Source of the DNA: Macrostomum hystrix
Taxonomy: Eukaryota; Animalia; Platyhelminthes
Direction of reading: 5' to 3'
DNA: 64,000 nt
NCBI GenBank assembly: GCA_950097015.1
Contig: CATNEN010000011.1
Location: forward strand, 1,798,001-1,862,000
Shown: positions 39,201 to 51,200 of the stretch, piece after piece
How positions within the stretch are numbered: the stretch's first letter is position 1
Layout of the letters: each line of letters opens with the position of its first letter
Notes under the pieces: generated by a model
Databases searched by the model: none
What the model saw: the letters and a program-made list of their open reading frames with translations, nothing else
Told to the model about the DNA's origin: nothing
Made by a program: the position numbers and the translations under genes

Positions 39201-42200
39201 TCTCTATTCCTCTCCCTCCCTCCTTCTTTCTATTCCTCTCTCCTTCTCTCTATTCCTCTCTCTCCTTTTCTCTATTCCTCTCTTTCCATCTCTCTATTTC
39301 TCACTCTCATGCTCTCTATTCCTCTCTCTTACTCCATATTCCTCCTTCTTATCCTACTTCATGTTTCCCCCTTAGTTACATATTAATATCATTTCCGTTA
39401 AGATTATACTCAAAAGCACAGTCAAAAACGGCACTCACTGATTTTTAATTTTGTGGTGTCAACGGTCTGTTTGCATCGAGTGGCACCGTCGGTAAACCGG
39501 TGCTCTCGAATCACAAATCGCTGTTTGTCGTTTTCGCAACGTTTAATTCGATAATTTAGTAAACGGCAGTCTGCAAGCACAGTATACACCAAAATTAGTC
39601 ATCAACACACTAAATGAGTCATCAACACACTAAATGAGTCATCGACACACTTAATGAGTCATCGACACACTAAATGAGTCATCAACACACTAAATTAGTC
39701 ATCAACACACTAAATTAGTCATCAACACACTAAATGAGTCATCAACACACTAAATTAGTCATCAACACACTAAATGAGTCATCAACACACTAAATGAGTC
39801 ATCAACACACTAAATTAGTCATCGACACACTAAATGAGTCATCAACACACTAAATGAGTCATCAACACACTAAATGAGTCATCAACACACTAAATGAGTC
39901 ATCGACACACTAAATGAGTCATCAACACACTAAATTAGTCATCAACACACTAAACTAGTCATCGACACACTAAATGAGTCATCAACACACTAAATGAGTC
40001 ATCGACACACTAAATGAGTCATCGACACACTAAATGAGTCATCAAAATACTAAATGAGTCATCAACACACTAAATGAGTCATCAACACACTAAATGAGTC
40101 ATCAACACACTAAATTAGTCATCAACACACTAAATTAGTCATCAACACACTAAATTAGTCATCAACACACTAAATTAGTCATCAACACACTAAATGAGTC
40201 ATCAACACACTATATTGGTTATCAACACACTAAATGAGTCATCAACACACTAAATTAGTCATCAACACACTAAATGAGTCATCAACACACTATATTGGTT
40301 ATCAACACACTAAATGAGTCATCAACACACTAAATTAGTCATCAACACACTAAATGAGTCATCAACACACTATATTGGTTATCAACACACTAAATGAGTC
40401 ATCAACACACTAAATTAGTCATCAACACACTAAATGAGTCATCAACACACTAAATTGGTCATCGACACACTAAATGAGTCATCAACACACTAAATGAGTC
40501 ATCAACACACTAAATTGGTCATCAACACACTAAATGAGTCATCAACACACTAAATGAGTCATCAACACACTAAATTAGTCATCAACACACTAAATGAGTC
40601 ATCAACACACTAAATTGGTCATCGACACACTAAATGAGTCATCAACACACTATATTGGTTATCGACACACTAAATGAGTCATCAACACACTAAATGAGTC
40701 ATCAACACACTAAATGAGTCATCAACACACTAAATTGGTCATCGACACACTAAATGAGTCATCAACACACTAAATGAGTCATCAACACACTAAATTGGTC
40801 ATCAACACACTAAATGAGTCATCAACACACTAAATGAGTCATCAACACACTAAATTAGTCATCAACACACTAAATGAGTCATCAACACACTAAATTGGTC
40901 ATCGACACACTAAATGAGTCATCAACACACTATATTGGTTATCGACACACTAAATAAGTGATCAGAACACTAAATTAGGCATTAGCTGACAAAATTAGTT
41001 ACTGGAATATATAAGTTTTTTTATAATTGGGTTTCTAAGAAAGTTCTCACCGCACGGAATTTTCTTAACGCGAGTCCGTTTCACACAGTTGCAGTTTATT
41101 GTCTGGTGCTTCACGTAGGTGATGAGTCTCTGACCAGAAAAACTTCCTTTTTTGGCGCCTCGACATCTGCCATAGATTGGTGTTTCCTCTTCCAGGCAGT
41201 CTGGAAAAAAAAGTTTTTTGTTGTGAAAGGGGAAGAGTTTAACGTTTAACGTGTTTGCCTCTCGCACTAAGATCCTGAGCTCGATTCCGGTGGCGAGGTC
41301 ACATTTATTTCGGGGCGCAGCCGCGTAGAGAAGGCTTGGGGGCCAACCTCCAAGTGCCTGCGTACAGTATCTGTGTGCGTGTGTGCTCAGGAGTCAGCGA
41401 AATGGGCAGAACTGCCTCCTCGCTGGCTGCGGGTCTAGTGTCACCAAATGATGTGCCATTGCCCGCAGCCCTCTAGCAATTATTATTGTAATTATTATTA
41501 TTCTAAATGTGATTTATTAGGAATTTGGAATTAGATTCAGGTTTCAGACACTTTAGTTTTAGTATCGAAGTTTTAGATACAAAACTACGGTTTAAATACG
41601 AAATTTTGGTTTTAAATTCTAAAGTGAGGTTTTAGATACTTGAATTAGGTTCAGTGCTGGGCGCGTTAATCGTTACTAGTTACCGATTTGATAACGATCG
41701 TTACTTTTTCTGCAACGTTACTTTTTCCCGTTACCACGGGCTGGTAACGAGTCGTTACCAACACTGGGCATTTCCCAACACTGTAAAATGTTTTTAATTG
41801 TCTGTTTCTTATTTTCTACTTACTAGTATAAAAAATAGTCAAATTTATATAATTAGCAACTATATATTTTTGATTTCTTTGTTTTAAATTGATAGCATGT
41901 TGCATTCATTTTGATTTGAGGTTTTCTGTTTTTGTAGCGAAATGTTTATTGATCAATCCATAGACTGACTATAGTATGTTAATTTAATCTGAAGCCAATA
42001 TTTGTCATCAATCATCGATATCAAACCCAAAATGGTCAAGATCAGTGAGAGTGATAATGAGAGCAAAGTCTAAAAAAGTGGACGATGTTGGAGAAATGAG
42101 TAATGATTGATAAACAAAGCTACACGTATTAATAACGGTGTTACGTAAAAAATAGCTGATTTATAGAAAAAGTGAAAAAACGGAAAGTAACGATTAAAAG

Positions 42201-45200
42201 TAACGACCGTTACTATTTTTCGTTACTCAATTTTTCCGTTCCCAATTGGTCAGTAACGATCGTTACCGTAATCGCCGTTATCTTTTGGTAACGCACTCAA
42301 CACTCTTTGTGTTTTGAATCCAAAAAATTGGTTTTCGGATACTAAAATTAGGTTTTCCGATACTACGAGCTAAAATTAGGTTTTCGGATACTAAAATTAG
42401 GTTTTCGGATACTAAAATTAGGTTTTCGGATTCTCTATGTCGGTTGCACTTTTAGTGACGGAAGGCAAACGAAGAAGGAAGACGAATTAGATTTCAATTC
42501 GATCAGTCGAGTTACTCACAGACTGGACTTCGTTCGTAGCTGACAGATCGCTTGCACACGCCTCTAATGAGTAAGTGCGACACCTGAACCACTTCCTGCG
42601 AGCGATGCTTCACGCATCTTCGCCGCGTAGTGGGCTTTGGACAGCCTAAGAATGTACGTCACACAAGGTACTCGTCGGCACTTTGATTTAATATAGTGAT
42701 ATATGATGTATATATATATATTGTGATAAACATGCTTTGAGTTGAGGATAACTAACTATACGTGGAGAGTTGGGGATAATTATACATAGAGAGTTAGGGA
42801 TAATTATACTTGTACATAGAGAGTTTGGGATAATTATACATAGAGAGTTGGGGATAATTATACATAAAGAGTTGGGGATAATTATACATAGAGAGTTGGG
42901 GATAATTATACATAAAGAGTTGGGGATAATTATACATAGAGAGTTGGGGATAATTATACATAGAGAGTTGGGGATAATTATACATAGAAAGTTGGGGATA
43001 ATTGTACTTCGAGAGTTGGGGATAATTATACATAGAGATTTGGGGTAATAGTACATAGAGAGTTGGGGATAATTATACATAGAAAGTTGGGGTAATAGTA
43101 CATAGAGAGTTAGGGATAATTATACATAGAGAGTTGGGGATAATTATACATAGAGGGTTGGGGATAATTATACATAGAGAGTTGGGGTAATTATACATAG
43201 AGAGTTGGGGATAATTATACATAGAGAGTAGGGGATAATTATACATAAAGAGTTGGGGATAATTATACATAGAGAGTTGGGGATAATTATACATAGAGAG
43301 TTGGGGATAATTATACATAGAGAGTTGGGGATAATTATACTTGTACATAGAGAGTTGGGGATAATTATTCATAGAGAGTTGTGGATAATTATACATAGAG
43401 AGTTGGGGATAATTATACATAGAAAATTGGGGATAATTGTACTTCGAGAGTTGGGGATAATTATGCGTCGAGAGTTGTGGATTGTATTTCGAAAGTTGGG
43501 ATCTCTAAATGGAGCACAGCAGAGTAGAACTCACGACAGCGCCTTGGAACCTGCTTCACGCGCTGATGACAGACACAGTTGCGCAGGGTGTGATGCACCC
43601 AGGTGTCGACTCTGACGCCGTTGCGGCCGCAACGACCACGGCGATAAAGCGGACTAGACTGACACTCTAAAAGAGGCATCGGAAGATGGAGTTGGCTGAT
43701 TACCTATTAAGAATATTTTCTATCTAAGATAATATGTAAAAAAAACTAAAAAGTAACGACAAAAAAGTTGATAAAATGTAAAATATCGATGGATTAGTTG
43801 ATTAAGAAACCAAAAAGTAACAATTTAGAAATTGAAAGAAACGAACTAGCAGCAATAAACATTTAAAATAAATAACAAAATAAAAGTGACTATAAAATAA
43901 AGATCTGACAGTTGTTTTAGAAGCATAAAAATAACGATTTAACAAACTTCTAATTAAACAACTGATTGTCACTTGAGAAACTTAAAGCAATGACTTGACA
44001 ATCAAGGAACCTTCAAAGTAATGATTAGGCAGACGATTAAAATTATCAAAAAAAACGAACTGATTTAGGAACTAAAAAGTGAAAGTTTAAGTTAAAATAA
44101 TTATGTGTAGAAAAAAAAGCAGCAACGATACGTAAATCGTTAAAAAAAGTAACGCAACAGTGATAGGATCACTCACTATTCGGAATGACCTTCTCGTCCT
44201 CTTCAGCCAAGCAAAGTCCATCTTTGAGTTTGTATCGGGTTGAGTAGACAGTCTCAATCTGGTCGGCTGAGCAGGCTCGCTTCACCACCGGCCTGGGGCA
44301 GCCGCAGACTTCGCTGCTTCTCTTAACCAGCGACTTGCAGGCGCAGCTTCGTCGGCGAGTTTCTCGCACCGTCACCGAGCGCTTGTTCTTCAAGCATTTG
44401 CCCCGCTTTACTTCAAACCTTCTGGGACAGTCTGGTTCGGACAGAAGTTAAGAAAAGGTAACGAAATTCTCGTTTTTTATAAGTAACGGAAGCGTCTTTA
44501 ACGAGATTTGAACAGAAGCACTTACGAACTCTCCTAGTAGTCTTGCATGAGTGACCGATGCACTGGCCGTCTTTCAGTGTGTATTTTACCTGCGACTGTA
44601 CCAGAACTCCGCGAATGCACCTGCTGCTTGTGCTGCTCTTCGGACAGGCTGAGGAAAAAAGGAATTTTTCTTATTTTTGCGACTTTGAGCCATAATTCTC
44701 ACCTAGAAGGTTAGAATTATTATGTTAATTAACACTCCCACGATAAATTCACAATAAAATCCAGCCGATCACCATCTATAAAATACATATATAATAAATG
44801 CACCAACCAATGCACTAAAAATGTACATACACTCTGACCAACCCCACTCCCTAATGTACATCCACTCTAGCCAACCCCACTACCAGATGTACATCCACTC
44901 TAACAAACCCCACTCCCAGATGTACATAAACTCTAACAAACCCCACTACCAGATGTACATACACTCTAACAAACCCCACTACCAGATGTACATACACTCT
45001 AGCCAACCTCACTCCCCAATGTACTTATACACTCTGACCAACCCCACTCCCTAATGTACATCCACTCTGGCCACCCCCCACTCCAAATGTACATCCACTA
45101 TAACCAACCCCAAAACCTTATTTACTTTATGTCAGGCCAAAATGCGTGCTTACCGCATCTCACCAGACGATTGTACACCCGCTTAAGGCATTTACAATTG

Positions 45201-48200
45201 TACGGATAATAATTCGCGTAGGTCTTTGTGCGCCAACCCTTGACACAGTCCGACAGCTTCACCGTGTTGGCGCCGCATTCTGGATAAGCGAGTAGTGAAA
45301 ACTGTTTGCTAGGTATCTATCTACCTGACTTCAAGCGCTACTCCATGTCACTCACTGATTCGCACAACAGATGTAGTTCGCTTCAGCAGACACCTGCCAT
45401 CCACCAGGTGCTGCACAAACTGGTGCCTGTAGATTCGATTGCCGCGACATTCTTGCTCCAATCGGGATTTCTCGCAGCCTAAAAAAATGTTTGCCTTGTA
45501 GATTTTTTGTGCTTTTAATATCATTACTGAAAAATTGGCGACAGTAGACCTTAAGAACAAATACTCACGACATCGTTCGCGCTGTGAGATGACCCGGGTG
45601 ACGCATACGCAATCTTGGGCCTCCTCGATTAGCTGGCGAACTACCCGGTACCCGTCTGACTGACAGCTTGACACTCGGCTGTGCAGCTGACCGCGACACT
45701 CTAAATAAACACAATGAGTCGCGAATCAATCACAAATCAATCAAATAAAATATAATTACTGTTTGATTACTTGTTGGCTTCTTGTGCACTTTAACGCTGC
45801 GCTTGCAGCTCGACTTGGCAGCGTCTAATTTGTGACTGACAGCTGTCACTGTCCACACATTGTCGTCGCACTCTTCAATTGTGTAATCCTTGCCGCAGCC
45901 TGTTAAATAAGCAAACATGATGAAGCTTTTGCATACCCTGAAGTTATCTCACTGTGCACCACAGCCGCCTCACTCAGCACTGAGCAGTAACCACTCCAGT
46001 TCACACCTAAAACAACCACCTCACGTCGCACTATGCAAAAGCAACCACCTCACGCCGCACTATGCACAAACAACCACCTCACGCCGCACTATGCACAAAC
46101 AACCACCTCACGCCGCACCAGGCAAAAACAATCACGTCACGCCAGACTACACACGAACAACCACCTCACACCACACTACACACGAACAGCCACCTGACGC
46201 CCCATCATACACAACCAACTCACTTTCAAAAGCCAAAGCAACTAAAAATATTCAGTTAGTTGGCAGGCACAGCTCCCCTCACCGCACTTCTCGTAGGTGA
46301 TGCGCCTCCGTTTGACGCAAGAGCAGCCTCGTCTCTCCTGTCTGTACAGAATCACGCGCCGATAGCCATTGAAAGCGCAGGAGCTTTTCACCGGTGGGTA
46401 CCTCTTGTTGCAAACTGGCGTTTGAGTTGGTTGAGTCTTCATCTGCATTGTACTCGTAGTTCATCAATTTGGAATAGGAAAAACTAGTTAAAAAAGCGGA
46501 AACTCACCAACCGGCTTCTTCGTGACATTGATCTTCTCTTTGCAACGACCACTGCGCAGTTGAAAGCTTCGCAGCATGGAATGCAGCACGCTGCCCCGGC
46601 AGTAGCTACTGCGCTGCGGTTTAGGACAGCCTGAAGCGGGAAACAAAGTGTCATGCTGCGAAGACACCTCAGCATAAAAAAGGTACCTGAGCGGCCGAAA
46701 AAAACTCACAGCACTTCACGGTTCTCTTTCGCACAGGTCGAACGCACTGGCAGTTGCGAACTTCTGACCAGCTTCGAGTCACAATTTGAGTGCAGTCGGC
46801 CCGACAGCTGGAGCGAGATTTTATGCGAAGCTTGGGACACACTGAAAATGGTACGTTCATTACTTTAAAATATAAACTGGCTTAAGTAGCTCGTATATCA
46901 ATCGCATTTTGCCACTGACATTTCCCCAACACTCCCAGATACCAACCCCCTCACTCCCTGCCCATCAAACCCACCACCTCACTCCCTGCCCCTCAAACCC
47001 ACCACCTCACTCCCTGCCCCTCAAACCCACCACCTCACTCCCTGCCCCTCAAACCCACCACCTCACTCCCTGCCCCTCAAACCCACCACCTCACTCCCTG
47101 CCCCTCAAACCCACCACCTCACTCCCTGCCCCTCAAACCCACCACCTCACTCCCTGCCCCTCAAACCCACAACCTCACTCCCCGTCCATCCAACCTCCAA
47201 AAATAGTCACTCACAGATTGGAATTCGCTTCACTCGAGTCTCAACTTTACAAGAATTTTTTTTCAATCGATAAATGGTGCTGATTTGCATCTTGACAGCT
47301 CCGTCACATCTTAGGCGCACTTTCGTCTTGGGACAGGCTGTGGAATTAGAAATATATAATTTTAAACTCTACGAAAATCTAAGTCAGGGATAAGAAAGAA
47401 GGCTTACCACATCGTACTCGAAATCGTCTAGTTCTAGTTTTACATCGGCAATTTATATAATTGGTTTTTAACTCCGTGACGGTCATGTACTGGCCGCGAC
47501 ATGTGCCAGGCTTCCTTCGCACACCAACAGTGCAGTCCGGTTTCAATGACACCTGCTTGGTGTAGGCGGTGCAAGCGAAGTCGACAACCTTTTCGCCGGT
47601 TTCAATTCGGTAGAGGCTGTTGTCGATGCACTGGATCCGCTGGGCTGGCTTCTCGCAGTCTGTGGGCGGTGAGTTTTTCTAAGACACATCAGTTTTTTTA
47701 GATAAACCCGTCACGGAGTCACTGTACTTTGACGGTTGGCTCTCAAGGGCGTAATTGAACGACAAGCCAGGCCCCCAAGCCTTCTCTCCGCGGAATCGAG
47801 CTCAGAACCCTCGTTACCGCTTAGCCAAAAAATAACAGGTAGGATAAAGGTGCGACACAATGCACTCACCCGGAGTGCACCTCTTTCTGGTGCTGAGTTT
47901 TCTTCGCTGACAGACGCAGTCGTCCAAATACACCGTGAGACTGTTCTCAGTGCGCCAGCCACTGCGATCGCATTTTGTCTTGGTGTATTGTGTGCCAATG
48001 GGGCAGTGGCGGTCTACATTAGGAGAAAAAAACGTTCGAGTTAATTTAGTTGTCAATTTTTAGGAGGGGAGAACAGTTCGGAAAATGATATGGAGAGGAC
48101 AGTGAGAAATGGTGTGGGACAATGAAAGTGAGTGAAGGAGAGGGAGAGAAGTGTGAAGGAGAGTAAGAGAATGATAATTTGAGGAAATTGTGAGGAGAGT

Positions 48201-51200
48201 GTAAAAAGGAGAGTGTAAGAAGGAACGAGAACGAGAGGGAGAGAAAGAGAGGGAGAGAAGTGTGAAGGAGAGTGTGAGAAGGAGAGATGGAGAGTGTGAG
48301 AAAAAGAGTATGAGAAGGAGAGTGTGAGAAGGAGAGTGAGAAGGAGAGTGTGAGAAGGAGAGTGTGAGAAGGAGAGTGTGAGAAGGAGAGTGTGAGAAGG
48401 AGAGTGTGAGAAGGAGAGTATGAGAAGGAGAGTGTGAGAAGGAGAGTGAGAAGGAGAGTGTAAGAAGGAGAGTGTGAGAGGGAGAGAAGGAGAGTGTGAG
48501 AAGGAGAGATGGAGAGTGTGAGAAAAAGAGTATGAGAAGGAGAGTGTGAGAAGGATAGTGTAAGAAGGAGAGTGTGAGAGGGAGAGAAGGAGAGTGTGAG
48601 AAGGATAGTGTAAGAAGGAGAGTGTGAGAGGGAGAGAAGGAGAGTGTGAGAAGGAGAGATGGAGAGTGTGAGAGGGAGAGAAGGAGAGTGTGAGAAGGAG
48701 AGATGGAGAGTGTGAGAGGGAGAGAAGGAGAGTGTGAGAAAAAGAGTATGAGAAGGAGAGTGTGAGAAAAAGAGTATGAGAAGGAGAGTGTGAGAAGGAG
48801 AGTGAGAAGGAGAGTGTGAGAAGGAGAGTGTGAGAAGGAGAGTGTGGGAAGGAGAGTGAGAAGGAGAGTGTGAGAAGGAGAGTGTGAAAAGGAGAGAAGC
48901 AGAGTGTGAGAAGGAGACTGAGAAGGAGAGTGTGAGAAGGAGAGTGTGAGAAGGAGAGTGTGAGAAGGAGAGTGAGAAGGAGAGTGTGAGAAGGAGAGTG
49001 TGAGAAGGAGAGGAAGCAGAGTGTGAGAAGGAGAGATGGAGAGTGTGAGAGGGAGAGAAGCAGAGTGTGAGAGTGTGAGAAGGAGAGTGTGAGAAGGAGA
49101 GAAGCAGAGTGTGAGAGGGAGAGAAGCAGAGTGTGAGAGGGAGAGAAGGAGAGTGTGAGAAAAAGAATATGAGAAGGAGAGTGTGAGAAGGAGAGTGAGA
49201 AGGAGAGTGTGAGAAGGAGAGTGTGAGAAGGAGAGTGTGAGAAGGAGAGTGAGAAGGAGAGTGTGAGAAGGAGAGTGTGAGAAGGAGAGAAGCAGATTGT
49301 GAGAAGGAGAGATGGAGAGTGTGAGAGCGAGAGAAGCAGAGTGTGAGAGGGAGAGAAGGAGAGTGTGAGAAAAAGAGTATGAGAAGGAGAGTGTGAGAAG
49401 GTGAGGAGGAGAGTATGAGAAGGATTGGTGGCAGCAACTAGTCCTCACCAGCCCTAGTCCTGGTCACTCGCTTCCGTTTCACGCAGCCGTCGCCCTCGTA
49501 GGTAATGGTGGTGAGGTAGAGAATCCTACCGGAGATGCAGTGCCGCACGTGTCTAGTCTTTGGACAAGTGACCGCCACGGTAGGAGCCTCATCTGGTTAA
49601 AGGGGCGAATCAATCAAGATTACAGGCGTAAATTATGCATGCAATAATTTGGGATAAAGACTTATTTAATAACTAAACTTTTCGGCAAATACTCGTTCAT
49701 TCGTAACCAGAAGCATTTGTCTTTTTCAACCTCAAAAAAGTTAGAACAGCTACTCGATGCCATGTCACATCATTTCGCACACCAAGCAGTAGAGAATGAC
49801 AGGAGAACCAGAATGAACCAAACCAGTGACACAGTGAACAGCGGTGTTGTCATTGTGAAGTTTCTGTGTAAATTTTCATTCCATTTTGTATATTTTAGCA
49901 ATTACTAAATAGTTTTGTTACTCGATCCGCAGCCAGCGAGGTGGCAATTCACGCACTCAGATACCGCACACAGGCACACACTCACACAGGTGTGTACATC
50001 TGCTCATCGTCTGAGCATTGGAGGTTGGCCCTCAAGGAAGTAAATTTGCACAAGGCCCCAAGCCTTCTCTCCGCGGCTGCGCCCCAAATGAATGTGGCCT
50101 CGCCGCGGAATCGAGCTCAAGGACCTTGGTGCTAGAGGCAAACTGCCTTAAGTTCAGTGATCCCCTAATTTCCTATTGTTATACTAATGTTGTTTTCTTA
50201 GAATTAGTTAATAAGGTGACTAAAATAAGCAGTGCTGCAGTAGCAATTATTTTAAGGAAAATAATTCTGCTCGTGTTTTGTGTACAAACTTGACTCTGAG
50301 GCGGCGGTGGCAGCTGGTTTGATTTTAGTCGACGTCATCTGATTTGCTGCGTCGCCCAGTAATTCGTCCATGCTGACGCCCAGGTAGCCTGCGAGGGCAG
50401 CAGTCATTTTCTGGTCCCATGGCAATCTTGCAATAGTTTTGTATTCTCGCGATAACTTTATATTTCTATAGGGCGACTCAAATGAGCCAGACACTTAATT
50501 CCCAATTGCTCCATTTTACCAAGCTGTAAAATCAGTACCAGCATCAGCTGGGGTAGATAGCTAGGTCTAAGCGGTTTCTTTGCAAGAAAAATCAAGAGCC
50601 TCATATGCATCCCCTATGTGGTTTCTTAATAAGGACTAAAACTTCAAGAGCCTCATTGAACCACAAAACGATTCCATTACAAGAATTAAACTTCAAGAGC
50701 CCCATTACACACGCCAAATTATTCCTGAACAGGAACTTAAACTTCAAGAGCCTCATATCGCAAGCCAAATGATTATTAAACAATAAATTAATCTTCTAGA
50801 GCCTCATATCGCAAACCAAATGATTCCTAAATTATAAATTAAACTTCAAGAGCCTCATATCGCAAGCCAAATGAAACATTAAGAGCTTCATTACCACACG
50901 CCAATTGATTCCTGAACAAAAAATGTTACTTCAAGAGCCTTATTATCATTCCTGAACAAGAAATGAAACTGCAAGAGCCTTATTATCATTCCTGAACAAG
51001 AAATGAAACTTCAAGAGCCTGATTATCATTCCTGAACAAGAAATGAAACTTCAAGAGCCTGATTATCATTCCTGAACAAGAAATGAAACTTCAAGAGCCT
51101 GATTATCATTCCTGAACAAAAAATGGAACTTCAAGAGCCTCATTATCGCACGCCAAATGATTCCTGAACAAGAAATGAAACTTCAAGAGCCTGATTATCA

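Noticed and set aside
48046-49448. Two ~460-aa S/H/L/T ORFs
   Set aside because: Translation of a GA-rich simple repeat.
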